From a virus: DNA of 64,000 nucleotides. The notes beneath the pieces are model-generated. The model was not told the origin of the DNA, did no database searches, and saw only the letters and a program-made list of their open reading frames with translations. A program made the position numbers and the translations under genes. Location: positions 4,134 through 68,133 of the IMG/VR virus record IMGVR_UViG_3300035704_000387, one strand, 5' to 3'. Below are positions 55,126-64,000 of the stretch, one piece after another. Numbering within the stretch: position 1 is the stretch's first letter; the number at the start of each line of letters is the position of its first letter.

Positions 55126-56487
55126 TTACTCGCTGCTTGAGGGAGCCGGCGGCGTGTTGCCTTCGGCCGAGCCGGGTTTGCTCCCCGGCGGTTGAAGCTG
55201 AATCGAAACGAGACCGGAGTGCTGGAGGCGGCTCAGATCGTTGGAGTCAATGGCCAACATCGCGCTCTCAGGGGTATAGCCGGCTTCAACCAGTCGTTTC
55301 AGCGCTTCGGCCTGTTTGAACTGGATTTCCGCAGCGTCTTTCTCGTCCTCTTGGAGGTAGGAGATGTCAGAGGCGTCGTACCAGAGCCTGCAGGCGGTCG
55401 GGACTTCGATGATCGTTTCGAGCGATGCACAAGCCTCCCGCCACAGACGGCGGATCGTCGCGTCGCCGAAGTGGCGTCGAGCGTTCCCGTAGTTCGCCAG
55501 CGTGGCTGCTTTCAACCCTTCGGAGAGACTGGCGATGATGGGCGGTACTCCAGCTGCCGCAGAGATCCGCGTCTCTCCCTGACCCTGAACGGCCTGGAAT
55601 TCGATCGCCTTTAGGTCCGCACCGACGACTTCGGCTTCCCCCCCCGCCGCCAGGTAGAGGGTTTTGAAGGCGTTGATGCTGCCCTGGTGACCTTCCTCGA
55701 ATTTGTCAATCCAGTCGTTGAAGACCTCGGGGTTCACGTTCGCGCCCATATTCACGACCATGCCCGGAACCGCTCCGTTCTCGAAGAACTGGAGCTTGTG
55801 GGTGGTCATCGCCTGGTCGCCCATGATCTCCCGGATCAACGGAGTGATCCATGACATGCCCCGGAATTCAGCAGTCGGGTCGGGGATGGGCTTGAAGTGG
55901 GCGACTTCGTGGGTGAGGAAGGTCATCGGGCGCCCGCTGCCGCCTTTGCCTCCCGGCTCGTAGATGTAGCCGAGCACCTCCGCATCGACATCGCCGAAGC
56001 CAATGTCCGGATCCTTGTAGCTGCCAAGGACCATCGTCACCCAGTCAGGTCGCAGCCGCTTGATCTTCCCGCCGGGTCGCAGCGCACCAAACCAGTTCCC
56101 GGCCAGATCGGCATCCTGGGCCATGCGGGAGAGCAGATTGCCGGTGGTCGCACCGGGCCAAGGGTTCTGCAGAGGCGCCAAGGCTCCCGTCGTGAACGGC
56201 TGCCCCGGCCGACCGTTCGGCATCCGCTGCAAGCAGAAGACCCCTTCGGAGAACACCGATCGCCTCGCCTCCATGCAGGCGAAGACGATCGGGTTCGCCT
56301 TCATCGCCTGATAGGCGTAGCCCTCGAAGTTGCCCCTGATTTCCTCCTGCTTCGCCCCAAGGGTCGTCCTGGGGCCACTGAGGAACGGGTTCATCCCGTC
56401 CCATTTGAGGAACTGGTTCAGGTATTCCTGGAGCGAGAGGCTGACGCCTTCGGAGGAGCGCCGGGAGAGTGCTTGGCCGAACTTCAC
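55126..56487 (-). CDS. Portal protein (HK97 family)
   Basis: LAGN...LRPDWV...EVAHF...FRGMS...FFENGAVPG...AAGVPP. Confidence 0.93.
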   Translation of the reverse strand: MKFGQALSRRSSEGVSLSLQEYLNQFLKWDGMNPFLSGPRTTLGAKQEEIRGNFEGYAYQAMKANPIVFACMEARRSVFSEGVFCLQRMPNGRPGQPFTTGALAPLQNPWPGATTGNLLSRMAQDADLAGNWFGALRPGGKIKRLRPDWVTMVLGSYKDPDIGFGDVDAEVLGYIYEPGGKGGSGRPMTFLTHEVAHFKPIPDPTAEFRGMSWITPLIREIMGDQAMTTHKLQFFENGAVPGMVVNMGANVNPEVFNDWIDKFEEGHQGSINAFKTLYLAAGGEAEVVGADLKAIEFQAVQGQGETRISAAAGVPPIIASLSEGLKAATLANYGNARRHFGDATIRRLWREACASLETIIEVPTACRLWYDASDISYLQEDEKDAAEIQFKQAEALKRLVEAGYTPESAMLAIDSNDLSRLQHSGLVSIQLQPPGSKPGSAEGNTPPAPSSSE

Positions 56488-57035
56488 GGCTTGCCGCCGA
56501 GGAGGATCTTGAAAGGCGGTGCCACGGCGGCGTTAAACAGGCTCGCAGCTTCGAGTGCCAGTTTCACGCGGACGCGCGGCTCGCCTTTGGACGCGAAGAG
56601 GGCACCGCGGGCGATCTCGCCACCGGACCCCACGGCCACCTCACCGCGAGCCGACCTGCCGACCTGAAAGTCGGAGCAGATCCGGTACAGCGAGCCGCGC
56701 CAGCCGACCAGGAACTCGCCGCCTTCCTCAACGCCGTTTTCGACCTTCGCGTAGCCCCCACTCTTGAGCGTCGTCCGAACGGCGTCGATGAACTCCGTAG
56801 TCATCCACTTGTCGCGAGCATCCTGGCCGATGCTCTTTTCAGGTCGGCGCGGGAGGTTGAGGTTGTAGCGCAGCAATTGCCCCATCCGAAAGGAAGACGT
56901 GAAGCCGTAGACGAACTCACCTGCCCGCCAAACCTTCTCGTCTGCCCGAATCGTCTGCGACCAGCCGCCCGTTCCGGCCGAGTCGCCGCCGATGAGCACG
57001 CCCTTCTCAGTCTCGACGCCGACGATGCAGGTCAC
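56484..57035 (-). CDS. Proteasome-beta/HslV-like Ntn threonine protease
   Basis: After Met removal: Thr1, Asp17, Lys33; AVGSGG motif. Confidence 0.8.
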   Translation of the reverse strand: MTCIVGVETEKGVLIGGDSAGTGGWSQTIRADEKVWRAGEFVYGFTSSFRMGQLLRYNLNLPRRPEKSIGQDARDKWMTTEFIDAVRTTLKSGGYAKVENGVEEGGEFLVGWRGSLYRICSDFQVGRSARGEVAVGSGGEIARGALFASKGEPRVRVKLALEAASLFNAAVAPPFKILLGGKP

Positions 57036-57361
57036 GCACCAACCTCGCCCCGGCCAAGATTCGGCGTCGAGGGAGGCGACGATGGCGGCTCGATCACGAA
57101 CCCCAGCGCGCTCTCCCGTGGACCCGATCGCTCGGCCATCAGTCGAGCAACATGCTCCGCTTTTTCGCGATTAACCTCGCCGGCGTAATAGATGCCCTCA
57201 GGGTCATCGCGGTAGTCCCACACGCCGCCGAGTCGCTCGGTCCCGTCATCTTCGACGACGACCTCTAATGCAAGGCCGAGCGGGTGTAGGAAGAGGCGGT
57301 TCAACTCCTGGAGATAGCCCTCGCTGCGGAACTCGGCGATATCAATGCGCTTGATCTCCAT
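57032..57361 (-). CDS. Hypothetical phage protein
   Basis: GYLQELNRLFLHPLGLALEV; GGAGG RBS. Confidence 0.65.
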   Translation of the reverse strand: MEIKRIDIAEFRSEGYLQELNRLFLHPLGLALEVVVEDDGTERLGGVWDYRDDPEGIYYAGEVNREKAEHVARLMAERSGPRESALGFVIEPPSSPPSTPNLGRGEVGA

Positions 57362-57510
57362 TAGACCTCCACCCCTCTCCACACGGCTGCAGCCAAACCG
57401 CCACCGCCGACCACCATCGCCGCCGGCACAGAGAGCATCACGAGCCCTACCAGGGCAGTAGAGACTCCGACCACAAGCAGAAGGAGGGCAGCGGGAAACG
57501 GAAGCTTCAT
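57361..57510 (-). CDS. Small membrane protein between terminase and portal
   Basis: Two hydrophobic segments. Confidence 0.6.
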   Translation of the reverse strand: MKLPFPAALLLLVVGVSTALVGLVMLSVPAAMVVGGGGLAAAVWRGVEV

Positions 57511-57544
57511 CGGGATACGGCTCCCTTCGAGAAAGTTCGGAGGT

Positions 57545-59032
57545 TCAGCGGAAGGCGAAGAGCGGTTCGGAGGGCGGCTCCTCTTCCAAGTGCTCGCCGA
57601 CCGCCGAGGAGTGGACCATCGAGGCGGCGTCCAGCGCATCCCAGACCCGCTGCTCCTGCTGGCTTTTGTTCCGCGAGCTGGAGGAGCGATCGAATCGGAT
57701 GCGGCCGTCCGGCAACGTCCTCGCGATCGCGTTCATCGCGTGCCGGGTGAACTCGGGGTCGCCCGGCTGTTTCAGGAAACCCTCGCGGAGCCCCTCGAGG
57801 AACCGCTCTGCGGCCAGCGCCTTCATCGGGTTGCCCTGTGGATAGCTGACAACGCGAACCCCAGGGAACTCGTCCCGAATCCAGCCGAAGATGTCCTCGG
57901 CGCGGGTTTCGTCTCCGACCACGACCTCGACGGGATTGCGTTCGTTTAGATCCCTGAACGCCTGTTTGACCAGCTTCGGTTCGAGGCTCGTCCCATCACG
58001 AGGCGGGGTGAGGATGGTCGGTATGCCGAGCTGGCGATGTTCGCGGTCCCGCCACCAGAAGGGCGCCCAAACGGTCGTATCCCATTTCCAGCCGGCATCG
58101 AAGCCGACCCACACGGCCTGGCCCTCTGGAATGTCTTCGCCAACGTCAGCCTCGGTCCATTCGGACTCGTCGATCGCCGTTGAGATCCCGCGCACGGCTT
58201 GGTTGCACTTGAACCGACGCCAGTGAGTGCCCGACATCGTTGGCGAGCCGCGGTCCTCAGCGAGCATCTCGACCGTGATCGTCGACAACGGATTCGCTGC
58301 CTTGACCTGCTCCATGTCCTCGACATCGCCATCTGCTGGCACCGAGTAGTCGTGGAGCACCATCCCGGCGCCCGCTGCTCGCGTATGGGCGCCCGTCACC
58401 CTGAGATCGGGCGCCTCGGTTCGCACCTGGGCGCGGATCTGCTCGAACTCGCTGTCCGGCTCACCGGCAGTCGAGATGGCAGCGACCTGACCGCCACGCT
58501 TTCGCGTCTTCCCCCGCCAAGTCCGGTAGAGGCGAAGGTCGCGATGCCGATGGAGCTCGTCGAGCAGGGCGAGAGTAAAGATCACGCCATCGCCCGTGCG
58601 CTCGTCAGCGGCGAAGACCTGGATGCGCCCACCGGTCCTCAGCGCCTTGATGCGCCGGTAGCCGTCGAAGACTCGGAAGCGCCTTTTCAGGCCATCGGTT
58701 CGTTCGACGAAGCCAGCGGCTTGGCGGTGAAGCCACTCGCACTGGTCTCGGGATGAGGCACCGAGCACCACCTCGGCGCCGGGCGTGTAATCGGCGTGGT
58801 AGAGGGCGACGCCGCCGAGCAGCGTCGTCTTGGCATTTCCCTCGGGTACGACCATCCAGACCTCGGGCTCACCGGCGAGGATGTCGGCGACGACTTCGAG
58901 TTGGAAGTCCTCCGGCACCCAGAGCGAACCCGTGTCGAGAACGAGGTTGCTCGCGTAGGCCCGGAAGTGGTCGACGGTGAGCGGTTTAGGACGCCTTGCG
59001 CTTTGCTCGCGCTTTGGCGAGCTCGTCGTCAC
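57545..59032 (-). CDS. terL: Terminase large subunit
   Basis: Walker A PEGNAKTT, Walker B LLDELH, ISTAG coupling motif, nuclease GFDAG...D and DALDA. Confidence 0.93.
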   Translation of the reverse strand: MTTSSPKREQSARRPKPLTVDHFRAYASNLVLDTGSLWVPEDFQLEVVADILAGEPEVWMVVPEGNAKTTLLGGVALYHADYTPGAEVVLGASSRDQCEWLHRQAAGFVERTDGLKRRFRVFDGYRRIKALRTGGRIQVFAADERTGDGVIFTLALLDELHRHRDLRLYRTWRGKTRKRGGQVAAISTAGEPDSEFEQIRAQVRTEAPDLRVTGAHTRAAGAGMVLHDYSVPADGDVEDMEQVKAANPLSTITVEMLAEDRGSPTMSGTHWRRFKCNQAVRGISTAIDESEWTEADVGEDIPEGQAVWVGFDAGWKWDTTVWAPFWWRDREHRQLGIPTILTPPRDGTSLEPKLVKQAFRDLNERNPVEVVVGDETRAEDIFGWIRDEFPGVRVVSYPQGNPMKALAAERFLEGLREGFLKQPGDPEFTRHAMNAIARTLPDGRIRFDRSSSSRNKSQQEQRVWDALDAASMVHSSAVGEHLEEEPPSEPLFAFR

Positions 59033-59396
59033 CGTCTAGCTCCTCGAAAGGATCTGCCGGCTTCTCGCCGCCGGGGTCCTTCTTCGATCGGAGCATTTCC
59101 CAGTAGAGCTTTTGCGCAGCAACGGAACCTTTCTTCGCGGCCCGCGAGACGACGATCCGCAGCTCGTCCTCGTCCATCGGCTGCTCTCGCTCGGCGGACT
59201 CTTCGCGCGCCCGCTCGATCGCATCGGCGAAGTCCGAGTAGGGTCCATCGCCCTCGCGCCGGCCGCGCGTCAACCAGTTCTTGACGGTCTTGACGTTGAC
59301 GCCCGCAGCGCGAGCGGCATCCGAAGTCGAGAGGCCATCGAAGACGAGTTCGACGATCGCTTCACACGTGTCGGGATTGAACTTCGGAGCAGCCAT
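58986..59396 (-). CDS. terS: Terminase small subunit (HTH)
   Basis: HTH AARAAGVNVKTVKNWL; acidic/basic tail; overlaps the terL start. Confidence 0.7.
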   Translation of the reverse strand: MAAPKFNPDTCEAIVELVFDGLSTSDAARAAGVNVKTVKNWLTRGRREGDGPYSDFADAIERAREESAEREQPMDEDELRIVVSRAAKKGSVAAQKLYWEMLRSKKDPGGEKPADPFEELDGDDELAKARAKRKAS

Positions 59397-59423
59397 CGGG
59401 ACCACCCCCAGGATGTGCTTCGC

Positions 59424-59495
59424 TTTTTTTCGCCACGACGGGGGAGCCGGTGTCGGCGTATTTCGACCTCCCAGATCGACCCCCTACCCCCCCTC
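59424..59495. other. Possible cos / packaging-initiation region
   Basis: Non-coding G-run/A-run segment (minus strand GGGGGGGTAGGGGGTC...AAAAAAA) just upstream of terS. Confidence 0.35.
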
Positions 59496-59568
59496 TGGAG
59501 GGTGCTGAGAGGCGCCGTCAGAGCGGCCCGGGGTGGCTTCCGCTTTGCGATCACTGCAAGCGGCTGAG

Positions 59569-59895
59569 CTAGCCCTTGTGGCGGCGAGCCGGTCCGCGCC
59601 GTAAATAGAAGGGATCGACTTCGGCATCCGCCGGGATACGGTCGCGCCACCACCATTCACCGTGGCTGGCGTGACCGCCCCGGCCGCCGTTGCAACTCAT
59701 CGGCTCGGTGACCAACACGGCCAACTCGGCAGCGAGCCGGTCGTGCAGGCCGTCCGGTAGGTAGGTATCGCCCGGCTCTGCCGGGTGCATGGCAGCGCAA
59801 ACGATCCGGCCGCTCGCGCGAATGCGGACAGCCACGAGCGGCCCCTCTCTAGGAGGGATTGGCGACTCACGTAGCGAGTTTCGCCAATCCCTCAT
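59569..59895 (-). CDS. Hypothetical protein
   Basis: ORF with protein-like composition. Confidence 0.5.
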   Translation of the reverse strand: MRDWRNSLRESPIPPREGPLVAVRIRASGRIVCAAMHPAEPGDTYLPDGLHDRLAAELAVLVTEPMSCNGGRGGHASHGEWWWRDRIPADAEVDPFYLRRGPARRHKG

Positions 59896-60031
59896 ATGGC
59901 TTCCGTGCCCCGCTACAGCGCCAAGTTTTCAGGCGATCAGAGGCGTTTTAAGCCCTGTCTATCGCCTCAGAACTTCCGATTCGGCTGCGCTTCCAGTTCA
60001 TGCAGGCAGCGTGGCTGCCGTCGCCTCTCAG

Positions 60032-60319
60032 CTATGCCGAGAGCGCATGTTCCAGCGCCACCCTTAGATCAGGTGGCAGCACATCGCGGAACTCCTCCTC
60101 GAAGCGGGCGAAGATGCCGACGCTCAGTTCGTCGGTGGCGGCGCGCTGGCTTTCGTGGAGGTGGAACAGGCGGAGAAGTAGACCTTCAGCTCGCTCGCCG
60201 TTCGCCTGGCCCTCTCGCGGCGGTGCCGGCGTGAGTCCGAAACCAGCGGCGTAGCTTTCGAGGTCGCGGTGTTGCCTCCAGTGAAGACGCCCGCGCCAGT
60301 TGCGGTATCGCGCGACCAT
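60032..60319 (-). CDS. Hypothetical protein
   Basis: TGATG-coupled. Confidence 0.45.
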   Translation of the reverse strand: MVARYRNWRGRLHWRQHRDLESYAAGFGLTPAPPREGQANGERAEGLLLRLFHLHESQRAATDELSVGIFARFEEEFRDVLPPDLRVALEHALSA

Positions 60320-60657
60320 CAGGGTGCCTTCCGGCTGTAGCTCGCGACCTGGACCCGGCCCGCCTTGATGTCATCGAGAGTGAGTTCCCGAACGCCCGGC
60401 CCTTGAAGGTCGAAGCCGAAGACGCGGGACCTGTCGTAGTTGTCGCTCACCCAGAAGCCATCCGGGAAGTCCTCGGCGCTCATCATTTCCCAGTTGAGGT
60501 GCGGACGCTCGGCCATCGCTGCCTCGGCCGTCGTGAAGACCCCGGCCACCTCCTGCTCGTACCTGCCATCGGTGAGGACGTAGACCTTCACGAAGCGCTC
60601 GCGACGATCAGGCCAGCGAGGACGCCAGTGAAGACTCCGAGCGAGTCGAACATCCAT
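60319..60657 (-). CDS. Hypothetical protein
   Basis: KVYVLTDGRYE..VAGVFTT motif. Confidence 0.55.
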   Translation of the reverse strand: MDVRLARSLHWRPRWPDRRERFVKVYVLTDGRYEQEVAGVFTTAEAAMAERPHLNWEMMSAEDFPDGFWVSDNYDRSRVFGFDLQGPGVRELTLDDIKAGRVQVASYSRKAP

Positions 60658-60757
60658 CGCCCGAACCGATCCGAAGAGTCGATACCGAAGGTCCGGTCCC
60701 AGGCCCAGCCTCCTGCGAAGAGCGTGGCGAAGATGCCTGCGCCCCAGGCGATTGCGC

Positions 60758-60964
60758 TCACGCCGCCTCCTTCACGATCGTGAACTCGACGGTCTCGGAG
60801 TGCATCTGGGATGGCACGGCGTTGATGGTGACCTTCTTCAACGGATCGGCTGGGTCAAACGAGACGTCGTATCTGCGGCAGAGTTGGCGCATCCGGTCCT
60901 CGTCTCCCCAGAGCCATGCGTCGGCTACCTGCCTCGCGAAACGTTCCTGGGCTTCAGCGTCCAT
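60758..60964 (-). CDS. Hypothetical protein
   Basis: Coupled gene chain. Confidence 0.5.
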   Translation of the reverse strand: MDAEAQERFARQVADAWLWGDEDRMRQLCRRYDVSFDPADPLKKVTINAVPSQMHSETVEFTIVKEAA

Positions 60965-61231
60965 CGATCATCACGGTAGGTGGTCTGCGGTGCGGCGGAG
61001 AGGCCGTAACCGTGATGGGAACGATCCCCGGATCGGGGTCGGCCCGAACGTAAATAACCATCGTGGACAGGGAGTCCCTCTCAACCATGCGAGCCTCACA
61101 GGGGATGCCAAGTTCAGCCGTCGCTTCGTTGGCAACCATCGCGAGCATCATGTCGCTGATCGGCTGCCGGTAATCGAAGCGGGCGGCAATGCGATCTGCC
61201 ACATCCTGAAGCTCGGCAGCATTCGGGGAAG

Positions 61232-61456
61232 TCACGCGATCTCGCAATCCTCAATGGCTACGTTGTGCGTGACTTCTTCCGCGTTCGGCCCGTACTCTTC
61301 GCCGAACTGCGGCGACGCGAGGACCAGAACGCTGCTGGGTTCGATCCCGGTCGTGATGTCTATGCTCCTTGCCACCCCGACCGCGCCCGTTGGACGGTGG
61401 CGGATTTTCGTCTCGCCGATGATGACCTCGCCGAGTCCGGGGATCTGAGCAGTCAT
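61232..61456 (-). CDS. Hypothetical protein
   Basis: Coupled gene chain. Confidence 0.55.
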   Translation of the reverse strand: MTAQIPGLGEVIIGETKIRHRPTGAVGVARSIDITTGIEPSSVLVLASPQFGEEYGPNAEEVTHNVAIEDCEIA

Positions 61457-61459
61457 TAG

Positions 61460-61705
61460 TTAGCTCAAAGCGCCGGCCGAGTAGAGCAGGTAGGCGGCTT
61501 CGTCGCGGGTCTCTCGTGGAGAGAGAAACAGGATGCGCTGCGCTCGAAGTAGTCCCAAGCCAAAACGCAGATAGGCGGCCCACTCGCGAGCGCGCTGCTC
61601 CTCTCGCTTTCGGTCTTCCTCGCTGCCGAATTGAACATGGCGGATGCTGCCCCAGAGGACGGGTGGCTTCCGGCCGAAGAGCCAGTGTCCATCGCGGTCA
61701 CTCAC
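61460..61705 (-). CDS. Hypothetical protein
   Basis: AAGGTGA RBS. Confidence 0.45.
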   Translation of the reverse strand: MSDRDGHWLFGRKPPVLWGSIRHVQFGSEEDRKREEQRAREWAAYLRFGLGLLRAQRILFLSPRETRDEAAYLLYSAGALS

Positions 61706-61962
61706 TATCGTTCACCTTAGCCCTCGGTGTGTAGCTCTGAGGGGCCATGCTCAACCCACCCCTACACGGCGAGCAGTGTCCGCTTCATGGAACAGTCGCT
61801 GGCGAGTCTCAGATGCCCCGAACCGATATGCGAGGCAAGCAGACAGGGCACGCATGGCAGTGAGCCCGCTCCAGCGAAAGTACCGATAGTCGCCGGTTCG
61901 GAAGCCGAGCGCCCGGACTCGCAGGTGCGTGATGACAAGGGGCTGCTCCATGCCCCTCCATT

Positions 61963-62337
61963 CTACACCGCATCCCGGCGCGCAGCAGCGACTTCCTCGC
62001 ATCGCCTCGCCAGCCAATCCGACTGCATAAAGTCGTTCGGTGTCCGGTCGCTCTTCTGCGAGTTGCAGGGTTGGCAGGCGGCGACCATGTTCTCCTCGCT
62101 GTCCGGTCCACCTTTGGCTAGCGGGATGTAGTGGTCTGCGATGTCGGCTGGTGCGGAGCAGTAGAAGCAGCGGTGGCCGGCGCGCTCGAGGACTCGGTAG
62201 CGACGGAGGCGAGAGGCGTGGGTGGAGCCGCGTTCGCCGGTCTGACCTTCAGCCTTGCGCTGCCGCTGTCGATCGCTCTCACAGGCCGGGCAGCGGCTCT
62301 TGTCGCTGGGGCAACCGCAGCCGAGGCAGGCACGCAT
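61963..62337 (-). CDS. HNH endonuclease (HK97 gp74-like packaging nuclease)
   Basis: CFYC...ADHYIPLAKGG....NMVAACQPCNSQK. Confidence 0.9.
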   Translation of the reverse strand: MRACLGCGCPSDKSRCPACESDRQRQRKAEGQTGERGSTHASRLRRYRVLERAGHRCFYCSAPADIADHYIPLAKGGPDSEENMVAACQPCNSQKSDRTPNDFMQSDWLARRCEEVAAARRDAV

Positions 62338-62519
62338 CAGCTGCGGTTGCTGTCGGCGCGCATGGCGACGAGATCATCCCGGCACTCCTGCGCGAGCGCC
62401 TGGATCTCCTCGTCACCGTTGACCCTTCCGAGACTGTCCATGTCCTCAAGGAAGCGGACCAAGCGGCGGAACTGCGGGAGCTCGGTGGCGGTGACCTCAA
62501 TGTGGGCGGTAGCGGGCAT
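62337..62519 (-). CDS. Hypothetical protein
   Basis: TGATG-coupled to the HNH gene. Confidence 0.55.
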   Translation of the reverse strand: MPATAHIEVTATELPQFRRLVRFLEDMDSLGRVNGDEEIQALAQECRDDLVAMRADSNRS

Positions 62520-62855
62520 TCAGAAATCCCGGCCGATGTAGATCCCGACAGGACCAAGCTCGATGGCTCGGCGTTTACTGCCGAGCGTTCTGAGCCGATG
62601 CCGCACATGGCCCCATGCAATCGTCGTCCCACCCGACGACGGAAAGCCGCAGATCGAAACCCCGCCGTTGCGATGCAAGGTGAGGCCGTAGCCACCGGGC
62701 AGCGCGAGGAAGATTTGGTGGCGGTTCCTTCGAATGGCAGTAACGACCGGCCACTCGCGGCGCGGCGTGCTGAGGTAGAGCGTTGCGCCAGCCGCATCAG
62801 TTTCCAACGTCGCTCGGAAGTCCTGGCGGGTTCTTGTCTTCACGCCAGCCACCAC
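62520..62855 (-). CDS. Hypothetical protein
   Basis: Abuts the next gene. Confidence 0.45.
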   Translation of the reverse strand: MVAGVKTRTRQDFRATLETDAAGATLYLSTPRREWPVVTAIRRNRHQIFLALPGGYGLTLHRNGGVSICGFPSSGGTTIAWGHVRHRLRTLGSKRRAIELGPVGIYIGRDF

Positions 62856-63256
62856 CTTCCTTGGTCCCAGGCTTCATGGCTTCCACTGCAACTCGCAGGT
62901 GCAAGGCTGGTTCGGTCGCCACCGAGCGAAGCCGGGATGCGCTGCGCAGACGGCCGGCGCCTCCAGGAACAGCCCGAAGGCCCTCAGCGGCAGCAGCCAC
63001 TTGTAGCGACGGGAGTGCTTGCGCTTGTGGGTCACGCTGCCATCTCCCTCTCCTCAGCAGGCAGGGATTGGAGCCAGCAGCTATGGCACTCAGGGCCTCG
63101 GTTGTAGACGGAGAGGGGCTGGGTGCAGCTGCGACGGGAGCAGATCCTGCCCTTCGGATACGTGCGTGGCAGGTCTTCCTTGCGGGGTGAGGGCTGGATT
63201 GCCTTGGCTCCGTGAAGGTTCATGGTGCCGGTGGTCCTGGTCACGAGATGCATTGA

Positions 63257-63445
63257 TCAGTCCTCGGTGCCGCAGACCTTGCACGCGAAGTCCGGGCAGA
63301 AGTTCTCCGGCTCTGAAGGGCCGGGGTGGTCTGGGTGCTCGCAGCGACCGGCATCCACGTATGCGCCGCTCTCGTCGCCGTTGAAGGCGTAGTGCTCACA
63401 GTGGTTGCACACCGGCGTGCAGGGATTGGCGGCCATGAAGAACAT
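63257..63445 (-). CDS. Small Cys-rich protein
   Basis: CNHCEH...CEH...CPDFACKVC. Confidence 0.5.
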   Translation of the reverse strand: MFFMAANPCTPVCNHCEHYAFNGDESGAYVDAGRCEHPDHPGPSEPENFCPDFACKVCGTED

Positions 63446-63534
63446 TGCTCAGCCGACTTCTTCCTCAGCCCTACGTTCCAGTGGCCCGGGCGCTGACTCG
63501 CTACGGGGGCGCCAGGTGTTGACGGTCTCGTCGT

Positions 63535-63744
63535 TCATGCGCCGACCAGCGATTGCTCGCCGCTGATCCGCTTGCAGGTAGAGACGAAGGCGGCGGGGTC
63601 CGTATCCGCATTGCCGTTCAGGATCTCCCAGACGATCCGCTTGTAGCCCTGGGCCTGAGCGATGATCGCGTCTGCCTCCTGGCCGCTGTAGACCTTGGCG
63701 ACGACCTTGACCTGCGCGGTTCCTGCAACAGCCATCGCTGCCAT
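63535..63744 (-). CDS. Hypothetical protein
   Basis: GAAAGGA RBS. Confidence 0.55.
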   Translation of the reverse strand: MAAMAVAGTAQVKVVAKVYSGQEADAIIAQAQGYKRIVWEILNGNADTDPAAFVSTCKRISGEQSLVGA

Positions 63745-63769
63745 CCTTTCGTAGAGAAGCGGCCGAGCC

Positions 63770-64000
63770 TCAGCAGATCGTGCTGGGAGAGACCGAGATC
63801 GTTGACACGCTGCCGCCGCTCCAAACTTTCGGTTCGCCGTACCAGTAGGGGCCTCGATAGGGCTGCCACGGGCGAGCCGGAACAGGCACCGGATACGGCG
63901 CGGGGATCACCGGAGGGCGCGTGCTCTGTCCGCAGTGAGGGCAGTAGCCGCAGTTCGGGCAGCGGTCCTCGGTCTTTTCGTCGGGTTTCTTGCTGGCCAT
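63770..64000 (-). CDS. Small Cys/Pro-rich protein
   Basis: CPNCGYCPHCG; ATG at the window edge. Confidence 0.55.
   Translation of the reverse strand: MASKKPDEKTEDRCPNCGYCPHCGQSTRPPVIPAPYPVPVPARPWQPYRGPYWYGEPKVWSGGSVSTISVSPSTIC

Larger units (their letters stand above)
434..64000 (-). mobile_element. Temperate prophage with HK97-type head and contractile tail, integrated in tRNA-Gly(GCC); continues beyond the right edge
   Basis: att fragment, int/xis, repressor switch, replication/recombination, terminase-portal-protease-capsid, sheath-tube-TMP-baseplate and endolysin, all in syntenic blocks. Confidence 0.95.

Overview
Nearly the whole window (about 434 to beyond 64000) is one high-GC temperate prophage, probably of an actinobacterium. 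A Solirubrobacterales-like host is a recollection-level guess. It is integrated at a tRNA-Gly(GCC) gene: the duplicated 3' half of the tRNA and a host terminator lie at 401-480, and the other att end is outside the window. Almost all genes are on the minus strand. In transcription order: small genes and an HNH nuclease; terminase; a proteasome-beta-like Thr protease; HK97-type portal, protease and capsid; a contractile (myovirus) tail; a scattered lysis region; an Rpf-like muralytic enzyme; a regulator-rich immunity region; and one long early operon (recombination, replication, two orphan DNA methyltransferases, many small mosaic genes) ending in xis-int. Best leads: (1) a 19-aa micropeptide with a strong RBS, divergent from an extended wHTH regulator beside the lysis/lysogeny switch (candidate peptide-signalling system); (2) a stand-alone secreted Rpf that appears to need an ATC start; (3) a tape-measure gene whose N-terminus joins only through a -1 shift at U-UUU-UUA; (4) a Thr1-Asp17-Lys33 proteasome-type protease in the head operon; (5) 28-bp palindromic direct repeats around an RHH gene. 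All protein calls come from motif recognition by eye; no database search was run.
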